NCBI GenBank assembly: GCA_001600695.1
Contig: BCKQ01000019.1
Span: 174,309-231,179, forward strand
From: Ascoidea asiatica JCM 7603
Lineage: Eukaryota > Fungi > Ascomycota
Direction of reading: 5' to 3'
DNA length: 56,871 nt
Shown here: positions 23,991 to 35,355 of the stretch, piece after piece
Numbering within the stretch: position 1 is the first letter of the stretch
Layout: every line of letters begins with the position of its first letter
Position numbers and translations under genes: made by a program
The notes under the pieces: model-generated
What the model was told of the DNA's origin: nothing
Seen by the model: only the letters and a program-made list of their open reading frames with translations
Database searches by the model: none

Positions 23991-25719
23991 CCACAAATGG
24001 TGTTGGTTATCAGTCTATAGCCGTTGCTTTGTCTTCATTACTTCTTATTTTCCTATCTTTACCTTTTTTTTTATTAACAGCTAAATTTGAGTATTGGTTT
24101 GTTGTGTTTCTGTCCGCTTTTTCTGAGCTAATAAATCTAACGGAAACTGTTAAAATTGTTTTCATTTATTTTACTTTTTTTTTTTATGCTTTTACAGGCA
24201 ATTATTATTTCTTTATTTTTATTTCTTTTAAGTTTAATTCACATATATTTCAACTATGACACGTGATATAATTTTTTATATTGAATATTGGATGTTCAAT
24301 GTATGTGTTGCCAGTTGTTGTCAGTTGTTGTTGCTCGTTGTCACTCGTTGTCAAAAATATTTGAGCTCACTTTTTTCTTATTTTATTTTGTTTTCCTCCA
24401 GTCACTAATATTACTAAAATTACTTCAATTAAAAATGGATCCTTCACCTACTTTTTTTCAAGCAATAAATGTTAAATTTGCCTTTAATCCCTTACTGGTT
24501 GGTAGGCAATCGGAAAAAGCAATTAAGCAGAATGCATTAAGTTCAAAACGTTGGGTAAAAAGTAAAGATAACTTACCAGTTCAAAAAAAAAAGAAATTAA
24601 ATAATTTTTCTTTAACATGCTGTGAAGAGCCATATTTGTATCAAACATATGACTCAACAAAAGTGTAATTGTTTAGCAAACTATTAAGGAATAATCCAAT
24701 TGGTTTATTCTTTAAAAATTGGGTTGGCTGTTATAGAATTATAATCTGAATTATAGCTATGAATATTTACGCCGTTGCTTCAGCGGTACTAAAAATAAAA
24801 AGCGAAAATTAAGAGTAATTGACATTTAAAGTGATGAAGAAGATTAATTGTCCTATTTACACAAAACTATAGAAATATGTCTGTTTTGTCTATACTGTTT
24901 TTTAATTTACTATAGCTTTAAAATTATCGAGTTTTATGTTTACCATTTTACATATAGTAATACATAATATTTATTATTAATCTAATTAAAATATTGACAT
25001 CATTGTTCATTAACCGTGCTAATGTTTAGACTAAAACAACTTATTTATTTCATTATGTATCAAGAATCACAATAGAAACCCTACCAAAAATATTCCTTTA
25101 AAGCTATCTACATTAGTTTTTGCAATTAACAAACATAATAGAAGAATGTTAAATCCATTTATACTCAGCGCTTGGTGTGCTAAATAGAATATCCACCAAC
25201 TGCCAACACATTATTGACAGTTGGTAAAGAAAACCCGACACAACAAAAAGAGCGCCAACACAGTGGTCTCGACACAACAAAAAAGCGTTTTTCTCGGTCA
25301 CCTCCACATTTGGTTTGGCAGCGCAAGACGTCATTGGCTAGCAGTCCGAGAAGCCAGCAACTCTGGCTGTGTTCAACTCATCTTCCTCCACCCCGTCGGG
25401 GCTGGACAAGCGGACAGCCGCCCGGCTTTATGAGCGCTGACAAGCGACAGAGTGACTGGTGATTGTAGTCCGAACAAAATATCTAATTATTACTAAGAAG
25501 ATATCTATTTATTACTAAAAAGATATCTAATTCAAATCATAAACAATTGTTAACTAAAATGTAAAATATATAAAAATTATATCAGAAATATGGGAAGTAA
25601 GTGCCCTATTTATATTAGTGCAAAATAGGAGCGGGTAACCCATCTTTAGAATAAATTTGTAAATTTAGTATATGAAAGTTCACTTCCCATACTTAAAAAA
25701 AGAAATAGAATAAAGTATT

Positions 25720-25950
25720 GTTCTAGAAGACACTACGTTATTCTAAGAACAAAACACGAAGATTCCAGTACATTCGAGATGCACACAGAACCTCGAAGAA
25801 AGAATAAATAATGCAGACCCAGAACGTTCTAGTACATTTAACAGGCACACGGAAGTTCTGAGAACGCAATAGAATGTAGTCGTAGAACAATCTATGCAAT
25901 CTTACAAAGTCTAAGAATAGCCTAGAATATTCGAAGACAATTCTAATAAA
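25720..25950. repeat. Degenerate AGAA/TTCT-rich repeat tract (heat-shock-element-like or LTR-remnant-like)
   Basis: GTTCTAGAA, TTCTAAGAAC, AGAACGTTCT, GAAGTTCTGAGAAC, AGAATATTCGAA; imperfect direct repeat TTC(C/T)AGTACATT...GCACAC(A/G)GAA. Confidence 0.45.
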
Positions 25951-27620
25951 AGAATAAAATGATTAACAATCACTGGGCACGCAATTTACCTGCAGCGCGG
26001 AAATATCGGCGCGCAAAAGCTTGGCTTGTCCTGTTAGCACAGACTTGGCTTGGTGTTCCAGCAGAGGTTTATCCGAACAATGCTAGGTGCTGTCATGCAA
26101 AAAAGGGAGGGGCACTTATCTCCCCAGATTTATCCCCATGGGACACGACGCTCCTTTTCCATTCCAGAATTTTGTATTAGAAAATATCATTTATTCGTAA
26201 CGTTAGATACAAAGTAAAACACACAACTGAAAAGATAGGTATAATTATCAATATTTGAACTATTATTACTATTATTATTATTATTATTATTATTTTTATT
26301 GTTTTTATTGTTATTATTATTTAGATAATTCCGCTATTAAATTTATGAGTTGTTACCTACCAAAAGTGTCATCAAAATGCTTTAATCATGTTTCTTTTAT
26401 TCTCTTACTCAATATACTTCGACTCTAATCATTATTTAATCATTTTACTCGATAGATCAATGCTTTGAATTATCCCAAGAATCTGAACTGCCATTTGTCC
26501 TATTATCAATTGAAATTCAATAATTAAGTACCGTATGCTAAGTACATTTTTTTTTATCATCAAATGGCTGGCCATATTGTCACTTTGAAAGTGTTAAATT
26601 GACTAATTCAGTTCTCGAGGACCCTGTAATACTGGTCGATTATTTTTATGATAGGCTCACGAGGTTCATGTGATTTCAATTACACTGAGATCTGATTTTT
26701 TCGACAAAAGTCCCTTCAAATTTCGCTGTTGATGTTTTTATTATTTGGGTTGCAAAAAAGTATACTCTAAATTCTAAATTAATTTAAGAGAATTAAATGA
26801 AATTAATCTCAACAAATTAAATGAAGCTTCTCCACAAAATTCGCCTGATGAAAATCTATCTTTAATTTAATTTTATCTTTTTGAACGAATAAATATAACC
26901 CGAGGGTGCAACTCAACGTAGAAACCGCAGTTTAGCACGCTTTCACTAGTGGCTTCGATTACTCCCCAAACTGAAATGCCGATTAAACCCTTTTTAACAG
27001 GAATACACCTTTGTTTTCTGGAAAATACCCCATGTGCACCCGTGCCTACATATGCATCCCACAGCACAGTCAGGTTTAGTGGTTGCTTTTTACCGCACCG
27101 CGCAGCTTTCAGAACATTTTATTTTTTGTTTTTCAAGCAAACGTTAAAAATATATTAGAAATCTGCTGGAAAACATTTTTGGAAACAATACTAATTAAAA
27201 TATTAATTATAATACTAGTACTTATTAAAAATATTCAAAACAATATATGTGGAAATAGTCTATTCAATCACAGAAATAATTTTGAAAATTATCATACTAT
27301 TTCCTTTCAGATCTTAGAAATCTTAAAAATTTCAATTCTAGTTTTAAATCTATTATAAATATTTCTATATTTCTTTATTTCTTAAATTATCTTTACTTAT
27401 AGATTCTTTTTTTTTTTTTTTCCCTTTTTAGATTATTATCTATCTACTTTTCTTTTTTAATTATAATAAAACAATTTGATTAAAAAGAGTTTATTTTAAA
27501 TATTCAATATATATAATAAAATATATAAAAGAATTGAAAAATTATATTTATATATTTGATAATAAAATTTAAAAACAATACAATAAAGAAAAGAAAAGAA
27601 AAAAAAATTAATATTTTAAA

Positions 27621-28865
27621 ATGTCTGATACAAATAAAGAATTAGAATCAACGAAGAGTGTAATGGAACTCGAAGCAAAATTATCAAATGGTGAGTTTGT
27701 TCAAGCTGCTCCACCACCTGAAGAGAAACCTTTTAAAAAACAAAAAGTGAAGCTAAATATGCTATTCCAAAATTATTAATCATTTTCTTAGCTGCAATTG
27801 GTATAAATTTCTCAATTGCTTTTGGTCAATTCTTAGGTGCAATTGTTATTATGGGTACTTCAAAAAGTTTTACTGGTATTGATGATTCAAAATCTTATAG
27901 AGTTGCTCTTGGTACTCAATATATTTGTGTATCATTATATTTATTTTTAATGTATTTCTTACCAGAATCTCCAAATTATTATATCAATAAAGGTGATCCT
28001 GCAAAAGCTATGGAAGCAATTAAATCATTATTTAAACCAGAAAAATCTGGTTATGATGCTGAAGTTCATTTACAAATTTTATCAAAAGAAAAAGAAATTG
28101 AAGATTTAGAAAGACAAGGTGAAGATGTTTCTATTTGGTCTTATTTTGAAGTTTTAAAACCAAAATATTTCAAAAGAACTTTTATTTCAATTTTAGCTTT
28201 AACTGGTCAATTATGGGCAGGTTCTGCTTTTGTTTTAGCTTATGTTAATTATTTTTTTGAAATGGCTGGTATAACTTCATCAAATGAAAAAAACTGTAGG
28301 TGTATTTACAATTGCTGTTGGTGGTAATATTGTTTCATATTTAGTTATTAATAGAATTGGAAGAAGAGTTTTATATTTATCATGTCTTGGTTTATGTACT
28401 TTATTTAATTTAATAATTGCTTGTATGACTTTTGCTGATGGTAATGCTGCTGGTTATGCTTGTGTTGTATTTGTTTGTTTCTGGTCTTTCTTTTATCAAA
28501 TTGGTGTTGGTGCTCCAGGTTATGCAATAATGGTTGAAGTTCCAGAATCAAGATTAAGAGCAAAATCAGTTGCTGTTACTTCTAATGTAAATTCATTGAT
28601 CAGTTTTGGTTTACGTTATTTAATTCCTTATTTATATAATCCAGATGAAGCTAATTTAGGATTTAAAATTGAATTTGTTTGGTTTGGTACTGGTGTTGCA
28701 GCTTTCATTCTTGGTTTATTCTTAATTCCAGATACTCAAGGTAAAACTGGTAGTGAAATTGATCAATTATTTACAAATGATGTCCAATCTTGGAGATTCA
28801 AAGATGCCAAATTTGATACTGATGGTTATTTGATTTTAGAAAGTTGCAAAAAGACTAAAGTTTAG
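27621..28865 (+). pseudogene. Disrupted MFS sugar porter (maltose/alpha-glucoside permease-like)
   Basis: ATG at 27621; motifs LPESPNYY, FKRTFI, IGRRVLY, EVPESRLRAKS, IPYLYNPDEANLG, PDTQGKT..EIDQLF. Frameshifts at A-runs near 27735-27740 and 28287-28293; apparent loss of several N-terminal TM helices near 27800. Confidence 0.85.
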
Positions 28866-29189
28866 TTATTGCTATAATATTATATTTTTATTTTCATTTT
28901 TTATATCTTTTTTAAAAGCATTTTATTCTTTTCATTTTGTTTTTTCTTCTTCTTCAAAAAAAATTAGATGTATATATACTCTTCAGCTTTTTTTCTTTCT
29001 TCCATTTTTTTTTATAACTTATAATGCTTTTCTTTTTTTTATTTATCTATCTTAATGAATGTTTATATTTTTAATGTTTTCAAAATAATTTGAATTTTTG
29101 TAGAAAAAGTAATTAATTCATTTGAAATACTTGAATAATAAGACATTTATTGGAAAGTTATACTGTATATATTAATTTTATATAAAAAT

Positions 29190-31763
29190 TTATTCATTAC
29201 TATATTGTATGGTTAATCTACGACCTAATAAATGTACACCATTTAAATTATCTTTAGCATTTTCAGCTTCTTTATTAAGTATAAATTCAATAAATGCATA
29301 ACCTTTACTTTCATTATTAAATTTCTTTGGAACTCTAACAGATTTTAATTCACCAAATGGTTTAAATAATTCAAAAACTTCTTTTCTATTTGCTTCAAAT
29401 GGTAAATTTTTAACAATTAATTTATTACTTTTCTTTATTTTAATATCTTTATCATCTTTATTATTACTATTATTATTTGAAACTCTATTTGTAGATATTT
29501 TTAATTCTAATTTATGATCATTTAAAACTTTTCCATTAATTTTATTTATACAATTTAAAGCATCTTGTTTTGTTTTAAATTCAACAAAACCATAACCAAG
29601 ATTTAATTTTTTATCACCTTTCATTTTATATTTTATATTTGAAATTAAAAATCCAGGTAATTTTTTAAAAATTTGTTTAAATTCATTATCACTTGTTTCA
29701 AAGTTAAGATTTTTAACAAAAATTGATACAGAAGGGCCATCATTAATATCATTTTCATCATCATCATCATTATTATCAACGACTTTATTGTTTTGGTTGT
29801 TACTTTTTTCAATATTTTCAATATTTTCAATATTTTCATCTTTATTTATATTCTGTAGTTTATTTTCAGTTGATTTTTCTAAAATTATATCATTTACAGA
29901 TATTTTTGTAGTTTTAATATTTTCATTTTTAATTTCATTTTCATTTAAATCTTTCAAACCATTATTTTCAATTTCATTATTTATAATTTCATTATTTTCA
30001 ATTTTTTTAAAAGAATTAATTTCATCAGGAGTTGGATCTCTTGTGAATAAATTTTTTGGACCTTTTTCTAAAAAAAGTACAGAATTTTTAATTCTTTTAT
30101 AACTTAAATTATTAAAAGCTAATTTACCAGAATGAATATCAATAAATTCAATAATTGCTATAGTTCCAGAAGGTGGAAATAAAATTCTTTTAATTTCACC
30201 AAATTTTTGAAATAAATTAATTAAATCAATTTTATTTGTACCATATGGAAAATTTTTAATTAAAATAATTTTATCATCTTTTTCAAAATTTTTATTAAAA
30301 TTTAATAAATTTATACCTTTTAAAATAAAATATTTTTTAATATCATTAATTATAGAAACTTCAGCTAAAGCTTGTTTTATAGAAGAATTTGAATTTAATG
30401 GATTTATTAATTCATTTTTTTTTATACCAATTTGATTTGAAATACTTTCTAAGATTGAATCTGAATTCATGAATAATGAATTCCAATTAAATTTTGAAAA
30501 TAATGAATTTGAATTTTTTTTTTTAATTAATTCTCTTTGTTTTTTTAATGATAAATTTTTTAAATCAAATTCATTTAATTTATGAATTTTTTTAAAATTA
30601 CCTGGTAAAATATGTAATAATCTACCTTGAAAAATTTGTTTATCTAAAGATTTAAAAGCATTAACAGCATTAATTGGATTATTAAATTGAATATATAGGA
30701 AACCTTTTGATTTATGAGTTCTAGTATCTATGGCAATGTGAACTTCATTTAAAATACCAAATTTATTAAATAAATTTTTAAAATCATCTTCAGTTGAAGT
30801 ATATAAAATATTTCTTATGAATAATCTTCCAGTTTTTAAAATTTCAATTTCATTTTTTTTAATTTCATCTTCAATTCTTTCTTCTTTTGTTTTTCGAATT
30901 CTAGTTTGATTATTATTATTATTAATTATTATTTCACTTTCATTTGTAATCACCTTTCTAGTTTCTTTAGTTGATTCTTTAGTTGATTCTTTAGTTGATG
31001 ATTCCTTAGTAGATTCTTTATTATTTTCAATTATTCTTTTTTGATGATTTTTTAACCATTGTAAATCAGATATATTATCATCATTAGCCATTTCATTAGT
31101 TTCTTCACTAGTTTCTTCATTAGTTTCTTGTATAACTTTTTCTTTTTCTTCTTTATTAACAATATTAGTTGTGATTGGAACATTATTTATAGAATTAGAT
31201 AATGGAATTTCAGATTGATTATTTGAACCATCTAATAATTTAACATTTGAATTAAAAACTTCTAAGAATTCTCTTAAATTATTATTATTTTTAATTTTAT
31301 TTTCAATTTCATTACTTATATTTGTATTTTCATTAATATCTTGTTTAAATCTTTTATTATCATTATGATTGTCATAATTATGAGTATCAAAGTTTCTTTT
31401 ATTATTATTGATAATAATATCTTTATTTGATTTTGGTAAATTTTTATCATTAAAAGTTATAGCTTGTTGTACAGTTATTTTAGAAGTATCAATAAAAGAA
31501 TTATTAAAAAATTTTATAAAAAAAATTGAATTTTTTAAATTTTTAAAACCAATAAAACCAAATCTTCTACTTTCACCATTTTTTTTATTTTTCATAATTT
31601 TTAAATCTGTTATATCATTTAAAAAATTTTTAAATTCATTTAAATTTAATGAATTTGATAATGAATTTTTTTTAAATTCATTATTAAAAATTGTATTTAA
31701 TTTTATTTTTAATAAATTTTCATCAAGATATGTTGGAAGACCTTTAATTATAACTCTTGACAT
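29190..31763 (-). CDS. MRD1: Multiple-RRM protein for 18S rRNA processing
   Basis: MSRVIIKGLP, GESRRFGFIGF, TGRLFIRNI, FQGRLLHILPG, FNWNSLFM, GVHLLGRRL; five RRMs. Confidence 0.95.
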   Translation of the reverse strand: MSRVIIKGLPTYLDENLLKIKLNTIFNNEFKKNSLSNSLNLNEFKNFLNDITDLKIMKNKKNGESRRFGFIGFKNLKNSIFFIKFFNNSFIDTSKITVQQAITFNDKNLPKSNKDIIINNNKRNFDTHNYDNHNDNKRFKQDINENTNISNEIENKIKNNNNLREFLEVFNSNVKLLDGSNNQSEIPLSNSINNVPITTNIVNKEEKEKVIQETNEETSEETNEMANDDNISDLQWLKNHQKRIIENNKESTKESSTKESTKESTKETRKVITNESEIIINNNNNQTRIRKTKEERIEDEIKKNEIEILKTGRLFIRNILYTSTEDDFKNLFNKFGILNEVHIAIDTRTHKSKGFLYIQFNNPINAVNAFKSLDKQIFQGRLLHILPGNFKKIHKLNEFDLKNLSLKKQRELIKKKNSNSLFSKFNWNSLFMNSDSILESISNQIGIKKNELINPLNSNSSIKQALAEVSIINDIKKYFILKGINLLNFNKNFEKDDKIILIKNFPYGTNKIDLINLFQKFGEIKRILFPPSGTIAIIEFIDIHSGKLAFNNLSYKRIKNSVLFLEKGPKNLFTRDPTPDEINSFKKIENNEIINNEIENNGLKDLNENEIKNENIKTTKISVNDIILEKSTENKLQNINKDENIENIENIEKSNNQNNKVVDNNDDDDENDINDGPSVSIFVKNLNFETSDNEFKQIFKKLPGFLISNIKYKMKGDKKLNLGYGFVEFKTKQDALNCINKINGKVLNDHKLELKISTNRVSNNNSNNKDDKDIKIKKSNKLIVKNLPFEANRKEVFELFKPFGELKSVRVPKKFNNESKGYAFIEFILNKEAENAKDNLNGVHLLGRRLTIQYSNE

Positions 31764-32047
31764 TATGAATATGTTATTGAATAATATGTATATTAATAAT
31801 ATATTTTTTTGTTATTTGAATAGATTCTTTTGTTTATTTGATTGATTATTTATTAAATATTTTTAATATATATTTTTTTTGATATGAAATAAAATAAAAT
31901 TTTTTAATTAGAAATTAAATGGAAACCAAAAATGCGGGTCTTCTTAGAATATTAAAGCCCAGATATATATCGATATATCTCAGGGCTATTTAGGGCTATA
32001 AAAAACAATTAGACAGCAAGATCTGCAGTAGACTTGTTAAAAAAGAG

Positions 32048-32119
32048 TGCCATTCCCGGGAATCGAACCTGGGTTTCCTCGGCCACAACGAGGTGTACTA
32101 ACCACTATACGAGAATGGC
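32048..32119 (-). tRNA. tRNA-His(GUG)
   Basis: Reverse complement GCCATTC...CCTCG-TTGTGGC-CGAGG...GGTTCGATTCC...GAATGGCA. Confidence 0.95.
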
Positions 32120-32576
32120 TTCTGTTGTGGTTGTGGATAAAGAAAGAGAGTCAACCAGATTGAATAATAAGCAACGTATGCTCACATGACTGTATTCCAC
32201 TGCTCCGGTCAGGTGACTGTCTCCATGAGTAGGAACCGTGTCTGTGGCAGTGCACCTGCATCCACCGTGCACTCCTTCGGTGGCGTGCCTTGTTTCGTTC
32301 CTGTCTGCTCCCTCTCTCCCTCTTCCCTCTCTTCCTTGTCTCTCTCTGCTTCTTTCTTCTTTCTTCTTTCTTTTCTTTTCTTTTTCCCGTTCCAGTTCAA
32401 ATTTCACTTTCACTTTCACTTTCAATTTCTTATTTACATTGCACAGCCACGTGACTTGTTTTTTTTCTCTTATTCTCGTTACGCGTTGTTAACATCCTTC
32501 TGGAAATACAGTATATAAATAGTTTATTCATTTATCAATAAAATAATATATTATAGTCGATTGACTAGTTTTAAAG

Positions 32577-32620
<44 letters not shown>

Positions 32621-32820
32621 ATTTCTTCATTTCATCATTCATTTCTTTATTTCCTTCTTCATTTCATCATTTTATTCATCTTCTTCTAATCCATCTTAAC
32701 CTTCTTCATCACCTTCTTTATCATCTTTTTTAACATATTACCATTCCCCTTATTTCATTCACTATATCCATTATACATTATACATTATACATTATACATT
32801 ATACATTATACATAAAAATA

Positions 32821-33904
32821 ATGAATAACGATTCCAAAATGCAAAGAAATTTAAAAAGAACTCCAAGAAGTGCAAGAATGATTATTGCTTCTTTATTCAT
32901 CTTCTCTTTATTAATTATTTTATTCTATAATAATAATAATATTAATAATAATAAAGATATATTAAATAATAACAATACTAATAAAGAAACTAATAAAGAA
33001 ACTAATTCAAATACAATTCCAAATACTAATACTAATACAAATACTAATTCAAAGACTCCTCCATATCCTAATTCTAATTCCAACACTAACTCAAATTCTA
33101 ACTCAAATTCAGATCCAAAATCAGATTTATCTTCTTCTGATTCAATTAAAGCTGATAAAGATTTATCTTCAAAGAATAATAACGCCAATAGTAATTTAAA
33201 CTCAAATTCAAATTCAAATTCAATTACAAATTCTGATTTTAAAAATCCAAATTCTGATGATTTTTTACCTGATCCTCAAAATAATGATGATATTTTAAAT
33301 AATAATGATAATTTAATTACTGAAAATGTTAAAGATAATGATAAATTACCTCAAGATGAAAGTACTGAAATTCCAAAAGATAAAGATATTAAAGATACTA
33401 AAGATATCAAAGATACCAAAGATATCAAAGATACTAAGGATTCTAAAGAATCTAAATGTACAAAAGATAATCAATATGTTATAATGATTGATGCAGGTTC
33501 AACAGGTTCAAGAATTCATATTTATCAATTTAATATATGTTCATCTCCACCAATTTTAATTAATGAAGAATTTAAAATGTTAAATCCAGGTTTATCTTCA
33601 TTTGATACAAATTTAGAAAATGCAAAACATTCTTTAGATCCATTATTACAATTTTCTTTATTAAAAATTCCAAAAGATAAATATTCATGTACTCCAATAT
33701 CTTTAAAAGCAACTGCAGGTTTAAGATTATTAGGTAATGAAAAATCAAAAAAAATTTTAAATTCAATTGAAGATTATTTAATTTCTGATTGGCCTTTTGC
33801 TTTATTAGATAAAAATAGTGTAGAAATTATGAATGGTATGGATGAAGGTGTTTATGCTTGGATTACAACTAATTATCTCTTAGGTAATATTGGTGGCGGT
33901 AATG

Positions 33905-33942
<38 letters not shown>

Positions 33943-34908
33943 TTATCAATAGATGAAATTTCAAATGATTCAAAAACTGCAGCTGTTTTTGATTTAGGTG
34001 GTGGTTCAACACAAATTGTATTTCAACCTGATTTTAAAATTAATTCAATTGAAGATATTGAAACTTTTAATAAAGTTGAAAATAAATATGAAATAAATTT
34101 TGGTAATTCAAAATTTCAATTATATCAATTTTCTCATCTTGGTTATGGTTTAATGCAAGGTAGAAATAAAATTAATTCATTAATTTTAAAAAATTATTTA
34201 AATTTAAATGATAAATCTATTCAAATTCAACCAATTAATTCAAAAGATGATAAATCAACAATAACTTTAATAAGTCCATGTATACCACCAGGAATAATTG
34301 CTGAAGATATTTTAATTGAATTAGAAAATAATAATGATAATAATAATGATAATAATAATAATAATGATAATGATAATAAAGATACTAAAAAAACTTTATA
34401 TAAAGTTAATTTTAAAGGTCCTGATTCTCCAGCTTCAACACAATGTAAAACTTTAGCAGAAAATATTTTAAATAAAGAAAAAGATTGTAAAGATAAAACT
34501 TGTTCATTTAATGGAATTTATCAACCTTCATTAAATAAAAATTTTAATAAAAATTCAGATATGTTTATATTTTCATATTTTTATGATAGAACAATGCCAA
34601 TTGGTATGCCTTCAACTTTTACAATGAATGAATTATTAGATTTAACAAGAACTGTTTGTAATGGTGAAAAACATTGGCAAAATATTTTAGGTGCAATGGA
34701 TGGTGCTTTAAATGAATTAAATAATGAACCACAATGGTGTCTTGATTTAACTTTTATTTCAACACTTTTACATATTGGTTATGAAATTCCATTGGAAAGA
34801 GAATTAAAAACTGCAAAAAAAATTAATAATAATGAATTAGGTTGGTGTTTAGGTGCTTCTTTACCTTTATTAGATAAATCAAATTGGAAATGTCGTACAA
34901 TTAATTAA
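32821..34908 (+). CDS. GDA1: Golgi guanosine diphosphatase (GDA1/CD39 family, type II membrane protein)
   Basis: N-terminal TM; apyrase-conserved regions IDAGSTGSR, KATAGLRLL, DEGVYAW, DLGGGSTQ, ELGWCLGA. Confidence 0.93.
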
Positions 34909-35062
34909 TAATTAATTAATTAATTAAACTTCTATTCAACTTACTTTTTTACAATTAACTTTCTTTTTCATTTTTTCATTTATAAAATTTAATAATTTTT
35001 TTTAATCATTTAACTATGTTTTAAAATTGTAAAAAAAAAGGGTATTATTTATGAACTCTATA

Positions 35063-35087
35063 GCAGGTTCGAGACCTGCTGTTGTCA
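35063..35087 (+). pseudogene. 3' relic (T-arm plus acceptor strand) of a tRNA-Ser(AGA) gene
   Basis: GCAGGTTCGAGACCTGCTGTTGTCA then TTCTTTTTT matches the 3' end and trailer of the 40352-40432 tRNA (GCAGGTTCGAGTCCTGCTGTTGTCG then TTCTTTTTT) with 2 mismatches; the 5' part is absent. Confidence 0.85.
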
Positions 35088-35355
35088 TTCTTTTTTGTTA
35101 TTTATTATTGTTTTTTGAAAAAACAATAGAAATAATCTTATTTATTTATTTAATTATTAAAATATATGTTGTCGTCCTTGATTTGAAACTATTATTTATA
35201 ATTTTTAAATTTTAAACGAAATGCAATTTATTGATTATAAAAAATGATTATAAAAAGATAATTATATAATTGAATAAGAAAATTGAATTTAAAATTGAAT
35301 TTAAAATTGAATTTAAAATAGAATTTAAATTGAAAAGGAATTTAAATCAAACAAA

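Noticed and set aside
24288-24668. Transposase or gag fragment
   Set aside because: No recognisable DDE, zinc-knuckle or RT motif; too weak to call
23409-27620. Centromere in the long spacer
   Set aside because: No CDEI-CDEII-CDEIII arrangement or long flanking inverted repeats visible; cannot be excluded without CENP-A data
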